The translations under genes were made by a program, and so were the position numbers. A stretch of DNA of 64,000 nucleotides from Acidobacteriota bacterium (GTDB taxonomy: Bacteria > Acidobacteriota > Thermoanaerobaculia > Multivoradales > UBA5704), in NCBI GenBank assembly GCA_046765915.1, contig JBKPTH010000002.1, positions 28,552 through 92,551 on the forward strand. The letters run 5' to 3'. Under the pieces are notes generated by a model. The model saw nothing but the letters and a program-made list of their open reading frames with translations, was not told where the DNA came from and made no database searches. How positions within the stretch are numbered: the first letter of the stretch is position 1; every line of letters begins with the position of its first letter. Shown in pieces: positions 18,435 through 27,268 of the stretch.

Positions 18435-19402
18435 CAGTCGAGGCTCCGCCACATTTCGGCCAGCCCGCGCCGGAGGTCGAAGCGCGGCCGGTATCCCAGC
18501 TCGCCGCTCGCCCGCGAGATGTCGGCCAGGCTGCGGCGCACCTCGCCGGCCCGCGGCTCGCGATGCACGATCTCCGCGCGCCGGCCGGTGATCTCGATCA
18601 TCGCCTCGGCGAGCTGCCGGATGTTGGTGGACACGCCGGTGCCGATGTTGTAGACGCCCCCGGGCCGGCCGCGGAGGGCCGCGAGCAGGTTTGCCTGGAC
18701 GACGTCGCCGACATGCACGAAATCGCGGACCTGCCCGCCGTCGCCATAGACGATCAGCGGCTGCCCGGCCCGCAACCGATTGAAGAAGATCGAGATGACG
18801 CCCGTGTACTCGCTGTCCTCCATGGGCAGGCCGAAGACATTGAAGTACCGCAAGCTCACCGCCGGCACCCCCCACAACCCGGCCGCCAGGCAGGCGTAGC
18901 GCTCGGCGGTGAGCTTGCTCAAGGCGTAGAAGCTGGCCGGCGACTGAGGGTGCGCCTCGTCGATCGGCAGGCGCTCCGCCTCGCCGAAGGTTGCCGAGGA
19001 ACTCGAATAGACGAGCTTGCGCAACCCCGCCCCCGCGTCCCGGCAAGCGCAGAGCAGCCGGACCGCGCCGAGGACGTTGGTGGTCGCGTCGCGCTCGGTC
19101 TCGTTGAGCGAGCGCACGTTGCCCACCTGCGCCGCCAGGTGGAAGACGTAGTCCGAGGTCGCCACCAGCGCGGGCAGCTCGGCCAGCGTGCAGACGTCGC
19201 CTGCGACCACGGTCAACCGCTCGGCGGCGGGCAGATGCTCGCGCCGGCCCGTCGAGAAGTCGTCGACCACGGTGACCTCGCAGCCCGCCGCGAGCAGGAT
19301 GCGCGTCAGGTTGCTCCCGATGAAGCCTGCCCCGCCGGTGACCAGGCACCGCGCGGCCGGGAAAGCCCGCACTATGTTCTCGAGGTCTCTTGGCTCCAGC
19401 AT
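18434..19402 (-). CDS. NAD-dependent UDP-sugar epimerase/dehydratase (SDR)
   Basis: Contains CLVTGGAGFIGSNL, the catalytic motif YALSK, and LRYFNVFG. Confidence 0.75.
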   Translation of the reverse strand: MLEPRDLENIVRAFPAARCLVTGGAGFIGSNLTRILLAAGCEVTVVDDFSTGRREHLPAAERLTVVAGDVCTLAELPALVATSDYVFHLAAQVGNVRSLNETERDATTNVLGAVRLLCACRDAGAGLRKLVYSSSSATFGEAERLPIDEAHPQSPASFYALSKLTAERYACLAAGLWGVPAVSLRYFNVFGLPMEDSEYTGVISIFFNRLRAGQPLIVYGDGGQVRDFVHVGDVVQANLLAALRGRPGGVYNIGTGVSTNIRQLAEAMIEITGRRAEIVHREPRAGEVRRSLADISRASGELGYRPRFDLRRGLAEMWRSLD

Positions 19403-19431
19403 TCTTTAGGGCTCCGCTGTGGCATGCAATG

Positions 19432-20550
19432 CTATCGCATGGCCCCTGGGGCCCATTCGGCAAGGATGGCGCCGATCCGCTCGGCCGCCCGTCCGTCGCC
19501 ATAGGGATTCACGGCGGTGGCCATGGAGGCGTAGGCTTCGGCGTCGGCGAGCAGCCGGGTCGCCGCGGCGACGATCCGGCCATGGTCGCTCCCCACCAGC
19601 ATCGCCACCCCTGCCTCCACGCCTTCGGGCCGCTCGGTCCTCTCGCGCAGCACCAGCACCGGCTTGCCGAAGGTCGGAGCCTCTTCCTGGATGCCGCCGC
19701 TGTCGGTGAGCACGAGACGCGACGTGCGCAGCCGGCGGACGAGCTCGAGATAATCGAAGGGCTCGTGGAGCTCTACGTTGGGCAGGCACGCCAGGATCTC
19801 GTGCGCCGGCCGCCAGACGTTGGGGTTGCGGTGGACCGGATAGACCCAGCGGATATTCGGAAAGGCGCCGGCGAGTTCCCGCACCGCCGCGAAGATCTCG
19901 CGCAGCGGCGCGCCGAAGCTCTCGCGCCGGTGCACCGTGATCAGCACCTCGTCGCGCACCGGCTCCGCGGGCAGCAGCGACGAAATCCAATACAGGGCGT
20001 CCACCACCGTGTTGCCGGTGACAAAGACCCGGCTGTCGGGAATCCCCTCCGCCGAGAGCACCTGCCCGGCCCGTTGGGTGGGCGCGAAATGGAGGTTCGA
20101 CACCAGGTCGATGATGCGTCGGTTGGCTTCCTCCGGGAAGGGCCGGCCGAGGTCGCCGGTCCGCAGTCCCGCCTCGATATGGCCCACCGGCAGCCGCCGG
20201 TGGAAGGCGGCGAGGGCGCCGACCATGGCGGTCGTGGTGTCCCCCTGGACGAGGAGCAGATCGGGCCTCACCTCTTCCAGGGCCCGATCCAGCTCGGCGA
20301 AGGCCCGCGAAGACAGGTCGTTGAGCTCCTGGTTCGCCCGCATGAGGTTGAGGTCGAGGTCCGGCCGCAGGTCGAAGACCTGGTGCATCTGGTCGAGCAT
20401 CTCCCGGTGCTGAGCGGTGGTGCAGAGGATGGGCGTGAAAGAGGCGGGAGATCGTCGGAGCTCCCGCACCACGGGCGCCATCTTGATGAGCTCGGGCCGG
20501 GTGCCGTAGAGCACCATGATCCGCAACGGCCGGGTAGCGTCGGTAAGCAT
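19432..20550 (-). CDS. wecB: UDP-N-acetylglucosamine 2-epimerase (non-hydrolysing)
   Basis: A full-length match to the WecB/MnaA family: IMVLYGTRPELIKMAPV, HIEAGLRTGD, VFVTGNTVVDAL, and VLTDSGGIQEEAPTFGKPVLVLRERTERPEG. Confidence 0.85.
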   Translation of the reverse strand: MLTDATRPLRIMVLYGTRPELIKMAPVVRELRRSPASFTPILCTTAQHREMLDQMHQVFDLRPDLDLNLMRANQELNDLSSRAFAELDRALEEVRPDLLLVQGDTTTAMVGALAAFHRRLPVGHIEAGLRTGDLGRPFPEEANRRIIDLVSNLHFAPTQRAGQVLSAEGIPDSRVFVTGNTVVDALYWISSLLPAEPVRDEVLITVHRRESFGAPLREIFAAVRELAGAFPNIRWVYPVHRNPNVWRPAHEILACLPNVELHEPFDYLELVRRLRTSRLVLTDSGGIQEEAPTFGKPVLVLRERTERPEGVEAGVAMLVGSDHGRIVAAATRLLADAEAYASMATAVNPYGDGRAAERIGAILAEWAPGAMR

Positions 20551-20640
20551 TCCGTGAATGTCCGGTCATGTCGAGCGGCGCATTGTACATCAGGGCGCGC
20601 GGGGGGCCGCGCCGGCAGCGCTCGCGTTTGGCGGCAGGAG

Positions 20641-21636
20641 TTATCGGGGCTTCTCCGCGATCATCGACAAAGGCAGGCTCCAGTGCCGGTAGACCCAACC
20701 TCCCGCGGCCCGGCTGCGCAGCAGCCGGTAGATCAGCCCGCGGCCCCAGGACCTACCGGCGAGGCGCCGCAGGAGCCCGGGGGCACCGGCCAGGAAGTCC
20801 TTGTCCGGATACAAGAGGCGGTAGCGCACGGTGCGCGGGGCGAGGCGGCGGCAGCGGAAGCCGTGCCGGCGCAGCGCCGCCCGGTACTCCGCGAGGCTGT
20901 AGAAGTTCTCGTTGATCCCCGCCTCCGTCTCGACGTTGTGCGGCTTGTTGCCCGGGATCGACTCCTTCTTGCAGGCCTCCGAGACGAAGACCAGCCGCCC
21001 TCCCGGCCGCAGCACGCGCCACACCTCGGCGAAGAGGCGGTCGATATCCGAGGAGTGGTGGATCGCCGCGCAACTGAACACGGCGTGCGCCCAGCCGTCG
21101 GCGAGCGGCAGCCGGTGGGCGTCCCCCCGCAGCCGCTCGAAGTAGATGCCGTCCATCTCCAGGAAGATATCAGCGGTCTCCAAGCCGAGAAAGCGGGTGG
21201 TGAGCACGTCGACCGCGACGACCTCGGCGGCCCGGCCGAGGGTCTTGAGGAAGCGCGACGACCAGGTGCGGCCCGCGCCCAGGTCCACGACCCGCTGGCC
21301 CGAGAAGTCGACGTGCTCGAAGATCTGGAAAAAATCGGGAGCCACGTGGGGCCAGGGCTCGTGCGGGAAGCAGGGCAGCGCCGTCATCACCGGGACCAAC
21401 CCTTCGTGCAGTGGCCCGGCGAGCTGGATCCACCCCTTCACCTCGCTGGCCAGGGTCGCGTCGTTGGCATCGAGGAAGTCCGGGATCCCCCGGTGGATGG
21501 GGAAGCCGCGGCCGCACGAACCGCAGCTCAGCTCGCCTTCGCGCACCTCCCGGGCGTCCTCCTCGGCCACGGAGAGGGAGAGGCCCCCGCCGCGGCAGAA
21601 GGGACACCGGATGGAGTTGAGGAATTTCCGCTTCAT
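20641..21636 (-). CDS. class I SAM-dependent methyltransferase with N-terminal Trm112-like zinc ribbon
   Basis: CPFC...CGSC forms a zinc ribbon. The methyltransferase motifs VVDLGAGRTW and VLRPGGRLVF follow. The real start is ATG 21636 (MKRKFLNS). Confidence 0.6.
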   Translation of the reverse strand: MKRKFLNSIRCPFCRGGGLSLSVAEEDAREVREGELSCGSCGRGFPIHRGIPDFLDANDATLASEVKGWIQLAGPLHEGLVPVMTALPCFPHEPWPHVAPDFFQIFEHVDFSGQRVVDLGAGRTWSSRFLKTLGRAAEVVAVDVLTTRFLGLETADIFLEMDGIYFERLRGDAHRLPLADGWAHAVFSCAAIHHSSDIDRLFAEVWRVLRPGGRLVFVSEACKKESIPGNKPHNVETEAGINENFYSLAEYRAALRRHGFRCRRLAPRTVRYRLLYPDKDFLAGAPGLLRRLAGRSWGRGLIYRLLRSRAAGGWVYRHWSLPLSMIAEKPR

Positions 21637-21866
21637 GCTCTGCTCCTCTGCAGAATCGCGGCTTTCTATCACGTTGGCGGCCCGCGCTGAAGCACCGCCT
21701 CCACCCCCAGCGCTCACCGCTCCCCTGTAACGGTTGCGCCTGCCCACACGCCTATCCTCTTGACGCCGAGCTGGGTTGGACATATAATTGAAATTGAGGA
21801 ACCTTCCTTCTGATCGGGCACTATCGACATATCTTCTACAATTTAATCTCTCGAAAGGAGAAAGTT

Positions 21867-22793
21867 GTGAACAAGCTATCCCTCCGTATCCTGTTGCTGG
21901 CATTCCTCGTCCTCCTCACCTTGAGCGCCGCCGCTCAGGCGCAGGCGACCCGCACCTGGGTTTCGGGAGTCGGCGACGACGCCAACCCCTGCAGCCGCAC
22001 GGCGCCCTGCAAGACCTTCGCAGGCGCGATCTCGAAGACAGCGACCGGCGGTGAGATCAACGTCCTCGATCCCGGCGGCTTCGGCGGGGTGACGATCACC
22101 AAGTCGATCACCATCTCCAGCGAGGGGTTCGAGGCTGGCGTGCTGGTCTCCGGCACCAACGCCATCATCATCAACGCGACGACGACCAGCGCCGTGGTGC
22201 TGCGCGGCCTCGACATCGAGGGGTTGGGCACGGGCTTGGTCGGCATCAAAGTGCTCGGCGGCCTGGGCTCTCTCCACGTCGAGAAGTGCACCATCAACAA
22301 CTTCCGTGGGACTAACGGCTCGGGCATCGAGGTCTCGCCGACCACGGCGGGCACGATGAAGTTTTTCGTCAAGGACACGATCGTGCGCAATAACGGCCAG
22401 GGCACGGGGGCGGGCGTCCTCCTGAGTCCCGGCGCGGGCGTCACCGTGAATGCGTCGCTCGACAACGTCCGGGTGGAGAACAACCTCATCGGCTTCAGGA
22501 GTCAAGGCGCCGGCACTTCCAACACCGCGGTGAACCACAGCGTCGCCGCAGGCAACACGAACGCCGGCTTCCAGGCCGCCACCGCCACGGCGACGCTGAA
22601 CGTTGAGGATAGCGTTGCCGCCAGCAACGGGACGGGGGTCGCCTGCGCCAACGGTGTCGTCCGTGTCGGCAACACCGTCTTCTCGTCCAACGGGGCCGCC
22701 GTGTCTGCGGTCGGCACGCTTTGCTTCACGTTCGGGAACAACGACTCCGACGTCGACATCTCGCCGCCGTTCACGCCGATCAACCCCTCGTAG
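21867..22793 (+). CDS. secreted right-handed parallel beta-helix repeat protein
   Basis: There is a signal peptide. Short Gly/Asn/Thr/Val-rich repeats (NN..G....GV) are typical of pectate-lyase-fold beta-helices. Confidence 0.55.
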   Translation: MNKLSLRILLLAFLVLLTLSAAAQAQATRTWVSGVGDDANPCSRTAPCKTFAGAISKTATGGEINVLDPGGFGGVTITKSITISSEGFEAGVLVSGTNAIIINATTTSAVVLRGLDIEGLGTGLVGIKVLGGLGSLHVEKCTINNFRGTNGSGIEVSPTTAGTMKFFVKDTIVRNNGQGTGAGVLLSPGAGVTVNASLDNVRVENNLIGFRSQGAGTSNTAVNHSVAAGNTNAGFQAATATATLNVEDSVAASNGTGVACANGVVRVGNTVFSSNGAAVSAVGTLCFTFGNNDSDVDISPPFTPINPS

Positions 22794-22933
22794 CGTCCTT
22801 CGCGGGCTTCCCCTCCCGGTTGGCCCGAAGCCAATCCGGGAGGGGACTCGCCGAAGATGTTCCAGCGGTAGAGGTAAGGGCGGGCCCGGCGCGCGCTCGA
22901 CGCGAGGCGGCGCACCCGGTAAGATGCGAAACG

Positions 22934-24283
22934 GTGCACGAAGCTCGATCGAAGAACGAAACTGCGCTTCGCTTCTGGGAGGAGCGCTACGCGAAGGACC
23001 CCGAGCTGGGTTCGGGCGCGGGATCGAAGGGCGTGTGGCGACTGCGCAAGCTGGATGCGATCGAGCGCGCGCTCAAGCGTCACCCGATCCGTCGAGTGGT
23101 CGACCTCGGATGCGGCGACCTGCAGGTGCTGCGCGAGCTACCGGCGCTCGCCGAGCTCGATTACGTCGGCGTCGACTTCGCGGCGGAGGTCGTGGCCAGG
23201 AACCGCGTCGCGTTTCCGCATCTTCGTTTCGTGCACGCCGATCTCGCGAATCTCGACACGCTGGACCTCGCGCCGGCCGACTTGGTGCTCTGCCTCGACG
23301 TCCTCTTTCACATTCCCGACGACGAGACGTATCGCGGCGTCTGCCGCTATCTCTTCAATTCGGGTGCGCGCGCCGTGATCCTGACCGGCACGGTCGGGCA
23401 TCGGGAATCGAACGGAGTCAACCTCTGGTACCGCGACTTTTGGGAGGAGGCGCGGCACGCCGGAGTTGGACATGTGGGATTCAGCGAGCGGACGTTCCGC
23501 CTGCCGTTCGAACGCCTGTTCAGCTTCGATCTCGTCGAGCCGGGAAGAGACCAGCCGACCGAGATCATCTACGCCTGCACGCCTGATCGGAGCCGACAGC
23601 TACGCGCATCGATCGCGACGCTGCTTCGATCGGGATCGTCGTTCGATCGGATCGTCGTCTTCTGGATCGGCGAAGAGCCCTGCCCACGCTTCGCCGATTC
23701 CCGCGTCACGATTCTCCCGAGCCGCCGGCTCTTCGGCGACTATGTGTTCGGCAACAAGAGCTATCTTTGCACGCGTCGCGCGGAGCGCGTGGTCTTCCTC
23801 GACACGGACACGTTCGTCCTGCGGCCGATCGAGCTGTCGTGGAACGAGCACGACGCCGAGTTCCTTGCTCGCGTTGGCAGCGCTTACAGAGACGAGCGCT
23901 GGAATCCAGCCGCGTGGCGGCAGGGTCTGGCTTCGGTCGGCGTCAAAGACGAAGTGCCGATGTACAACTGCGGGCTGGTCGTATTCCAGAATGGTGCCCA
24001 TCGGCGCTTGACCACCGATTGGGAGGCGCAGATATGGCGGTACCTTCGCGGCGAGCTGCCCCCACCCTGTCCGGACACGCGCATGCCGGAGCAGTGGGCG
24101 TTGGCGCAAGCCCTGGCGAAGCACGCCATTGGGCAGTCTCGCCTCGGCGCGCGCGAACATACCTTCGGGTGGTGCGAAGACCCGACGGAAGAAACGATCG
24201 TGCTGCACACGGGCGCCGACCGCTACGATCACTACTACGGCACGCTCGAGGCGGATCTGTCGGTGGCGAACCTTGACGCTTGA
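22934..24283 (+). CDS. fusion: N-terminal class I SAM methyltransferase and C-terminal nucleotide-diphospho-sugar transferase (GT8-like) domain
   Basis: The methyltransferase motifs VVDLGCGD and LVLCLDVLFHIPD are present. The C-terminal DxD motif FLDTDTFV plus NCGLVVF is GT-A/GT8-like. The GTG start is uncertain. Confidence 0.5.
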   Translation: MHEARSKNETALRFWEERYAKDPELGSGAGSKGVWRLRKLDAIERALKRHPIRRVVDLGCGDLQVLRELPALAELDYVGVDFAAEVVARNRVAFPHLRFVHADLANLDTLDLAPADLVLCLDVLFHIPDDETYRGVCRYLFNSGARAVILTGTVGHRESNGVNLWYRDFWEEARHAGVGHVGFSERTFRLPFERLFSFDLVEPGRDQPTEIIYACTPDRSRQLRASIATLLRSGSSFDRIVVFWIGEEPCPRFADSRVTILPSRRLFGDYVFGNKSYLCTRRAERVVFLDTDTFVLRPIELSWNEHDAEFLARVGSAYRDERWNPAAWRQGLASVGVKDEVPMYNCGLVVFQNGAHRRLTTDWEAQIWRYLRGELPPPCPDTRMPEQWALAQALAKHAIGQSRLGAREHTFGWCEDPTEETIVLHTGADRYDHYYGTLEADLSVANLDA

Positions 24284-24710
24284 GCTTCGCCCCCGCCTCC
24301 TCCGGCGCACGCTCGCCTTGGCTGGACGCGGACTCAAGATCGTCGGCCGCTCGGTGATGTCCACTGCCCTGGCTGAGACGGTGTGCGCGATCGTCGGAGC
24401 TCCTCGTGTCACCTTCGTAGACCTCGCCGACCATGTTGGAAACCGCGACGGCGAGATCCTGCCGGAGCTCGCCGTCTGTGACGGCAGGCTACTGTCGAGC
24501 TTCGCGCCTCCGGACTTCGAGCTTCTCTTGCGACGGGCAACCTTGTCATGGGATCGCTAGACCCTCGGCGCCGACCCGGCGCATGACGTGCGCGGGAGCA
24601 GCCAGAATGCCGAGGTTGAAGTACGGCGGGCAGTAGCGTAAGGCCGCGTCGTCGAACATGCAGCCCACCCCGTGTGCCGCAAGGCGCTCTTCGGTTCGAC
24701 GATTCAACCT

Positions 24711-26576
24711 TTACCTGAAGCCGAGGAATGCCCCCTTCAGCGTACGCTTGAGGCCGATGACCCATTGACGCATGCGCCAGCTCCGGGTACCCGCCATGAC
24801 GTCGACGCGTTCCCGCCAGGATGCCAGCTCCTGATAAAGCCGATCACGTTCAGCGTCTAGACGGGTTCGATCCAGGAGCAACCGGTCGCGCTCGGCGGCC
24901 AGTGACTCCCGCTCGCAAACGGCCGCGGCGAGGCGGCTGGCGGCAAGGTCCCGCTCGTTGGCAAGCGCCTTCAGCTCCTTTCGGAGACTCTCGCTCTCGC
25001 GCCTGGAGGACTGAACCATAATCAGGAGCTGCGGCAGGCGCTGCAAGTAGAGGTCCCGATACTTCTCAACGATGTAGCCTTGCAGAGGCCTTCCGACCTC
25101 GGGGCTCGCCAGGCCCCAATGCATCGATCCGGGACGTACCCTGTACTCGAAGGCGGCCCCGGGCAGGTAATGGAAAAGCCAGCCGCGCTCTGCCACCGAG
25201 ATCCAGAGCTCCCAGTCCTCCCAACCCTGAGAGGGCATGGCGCCGTCGAAGCCGCCACAATCGGACCACGTCTGCTTGCGAATCACGGTGCAGGCGTCGA
25301 TGAAGTTGCCTGTGAGGAGCGTGTCGAGGTCGAACTCCGGGACCTGGACCGCTCCCGAGCGCAGACCGAGCTCACGGCGGTCGCCGTAGACCACCCCCAC
25401 GCGCGGATCCTCATCGAGGACGCGCATCGCCGCCTCTGGGAACCCGGGAAGGAGCCGGTTATCGGAGTCGAGCGGAAGGATGTAGGAGCCGGTCGCCAGC
25501 TCGATTCCCCGGTTGCGCGCTGCGGCGAGCCCCTGGTTTTCCTGGTGCACAACGAAGTAGCCGGCGGCCTCGAGCGCGGCGAGCACCTCCAGGGTCCGCG
25601 GTTGCCGCGAGCCGTCATCGACCACGATCAGTTCATAGAACTCGGGGATGCTGCGCTCGGCGCTGGCCACCGCCTCGACCAGGAGCTCGCCGTGATCGAA
25701 GCAGGGAATGACGACGGAGAGGCGGACCGGCGCCGCGCCGGGGGAGGGGAGCGCCCGGTGATCCTCGGTATGAGGGATCTCCCAGAGCCCGGTGGATGGC
25801 AGGTCGGCCTCCGCGTCGAGCTCGCTCAGCAGCCGCACGGCTTCCGGGGAGGTCGCCGCCACCAGCCCGATGAGGGGATCGGCGCCACCCAGGCTCCGTA
25901 GCCGGCTGCCATCGACGATCTCGCGCAGCCGCTCCTCCGGCAGGTCGAGGCGGAAGCGTTCCGCGAGGAGAGCCCGGAAACTCTCGGGGTGGTGCTGCAG
26001 GGCGTTGACGCCGACCAGAAGCGAGCGCTCCCGGTGGCGCCGATGGAAGTCCAGGAGGTGGCGGTTGTAGAAGGCCCAGATCCGGTATGCGTACTCGGGG
26101 TTGCGGAGGAAGACCTCGGCGCCCAGCCGCTGCATCGAATCGGCGACGTCCCAAGGGTAACGGTAGACACAGAGATAGCGGGCATCCGGCAGGTTCTCGT
26201 CCCAGAAATCCAGCGCCAGCGTCGTGCGCGGGTCTTTCCACCCCCACGGCCGGCCGGTGCCGCGGCGGCTCTCGACCAGGGACCGCGCCTCCTCCCGATA
26301 GAGCGAGAACCGCTGCCGGTCCAGCCGTTCGTTCTCGGTCCACCCCCAGTCGCGGTGGCCGCCGTCGTCCGCGGGCGTGCAGTCCGTGAGCATCCGCTGC
26401 TGGAGGGAGAGGAAGCCGACGTCCTCGAAATAGCCCAGCGGGTTGGCCCGGTCCGCCTCCAGCAGCCGGTCGCCCATGTCCACGCCGGCCGCGGCGGCCA
26501 GGGAGGCGAGCAGCGAGGTGCCGGAGCGGTGCATTCCAGCCACCACCAACGGCCGAGGGATCGCCTGGCGGGACAT
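24711..26576 (-). CDS. fusion: N-terminal sulfotransferase domain, central GT2 domain and C-terminal coiled coil
   Basis: The 5'-PSB-like P-loop is VVAGMHRSGTSLLASL. The GT2 region is VVIPCFDHG...LIVVDDGS...LPLDSDN. The C-terminus has heptad repeats. Confidence 0.65.
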   Translation of the reverse strand: MSRQAIPRPLVVAGMHRSGTSLLASLAAAAGVDMGDRLLEADRANPLGYFEDVGFLSLQQRMLTDCTPADDGGHRDWGWTENERLDRQRFSLYREEARSLVESRRGTGRPWGWKDPRTTLALDFWDENLPDARYLCVYRYPWDVADSMQRLGAEVFLRNPEYAYRIWAFYNRHLLDFHRRHRERSLLVGVNALQHHPESFRALLAERFRLDLPEERLREIVDGSRLRSLGGADPLIGLVAATSPEAVRLLSELDAEADLPSTGLWEIPHTEDHRALPSPGAAPVRLSVVIPCFDHGELLVEAVASAERSIPEFYELIVVDDGSRQPRTLEVLAALEAAGYFVVHQENQGLAAARNRGIELATGSYILPLDSDNRLLPGFPEAAMRVLDEDPRVGVVYGDRRELGLRSGAVQVPEFDLDTLLTGNFIDACTVIRKQTWSDCGGFDGAMPSQGWEDWELWISVAERGWLFHYLPGAAFEYRVRPGSMHWGLASPEVGRPLQGYIVEKYRDLYLQRLPQLLIMVQSSRRESESLRKELKALANERDLAASRLAAAVCERESLAAERDRLLLDRTRLDAERDRLYQELASWRERVDVMAGTRSWRMRQWVIGLKRTLKGAFLGFR

Positions 26577-26695
26577 CGGGCCAGAAGACTAAGGCCAAAC
26601 CGGCAGGGTCGCAACAGCGGAGGGAAGGGATGAATCCAGCGGCCGATTTGTGTTATCCTGTGGTATCCTTATTGGACAGGAGGAGGACCTACACC

Positions 26696-27178
26696 GTGAA
26701 AAGAATCTATGCCTTTAGCGCAGTCGTGCTGACCCTCGCCGCCGTTGCGACGGCATTACCGGATGTCGCCTCGGCCGACGGTCCTTTTCGGTTCTTCGCC
26801 ATCACTCCTTGCCGGATCTTCGATTCGCGGGCTGATGGGGACGGCATCACGCCCTTGGCCAACGGCTTGCACTCGATCCGGGTCCAGGGCATCTGCGGCG
26901 TCCCTGTGGGCGCCAAGGCCGCGGCCCTCAACGTGACGGTTGTCACGCCGACCAAGCCCGGGCACATCACCATCTGGCCGGTCGGCGTATCAGAGCCCAC
27001 GGTGTCGACCCTGAACTTCCTGGCCAACGAGTCGGCGCTGGCGAACGGCGCTATCGTGCCGCTGGGTCCGGACAGCGGGGGCGCGGACGACGTGAGCTTC
27101 CGCTATTCGATGAACCCGGCTCCCGGCACCGGACACATCATCTTCGACGTGACGGGCTACTTCGCCACGGTGCCGTGA
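26696..27178 (+). CDS. small secreted protein consisting of signal peptide plus stand-alone copy of the recurrent domain
   Basis: GTG start preceded by the AGGAGGAGG ribosome-binding site. The signal peptide is followed by PCRIFDSR...CGVP...NVTVV...STLNF...IFDVTGYF. Confidence 0.55.
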   Translation: MKRIYAFSAVVLTLAAVATALPDVASADGPFRFFAITPCRIFDSRADGDGITPLANGLHSIRVQGICGVPVGAKAAALNVTVVTPTKPGHITIWPVGVSEPTVSTLNFLANESALANGAIVPLGPDSGGADDVSFRYSMNPAPGTGHIIFDVTGYFATVP

Positions 27179-27202
27179 CGCGGAGCGCCGGCGCGAGCGG
27201 AA

Positions 27203-27234
27203 AAAGGCGGCCTTCGGGCCGCCTTTTCGTGTTG
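27203..27234 (+). terminator. rho-independent terminator
   Basis: AAAAAGGCGGCC-TTCG-GGCCGCCTTTTCGTGTT is a GC stem followed by a U-run. Confidence 0.55.
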
Positions 27235-27268
27235 TATTCCCTGAATCGAGGAGCGTAGCTTCGCTTCC

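Noticed and set aside
17299-19504. ORFs 17299-18393(-), 17667-18653(+), 18128-19504(+), 19390-21690(+), 19406-20698(-)
   Set aside because: Alternative-frame artefacts overlapping the well-supported GT2, epimerase and WecB genes.
24129-24560. 143 aa ORF between convergent genes
   Set aside because: It overlaps the 3' end of 22934-24283. A possible ~60 aa ORF from ATG ~24358 has moderate GC3 but no other support.
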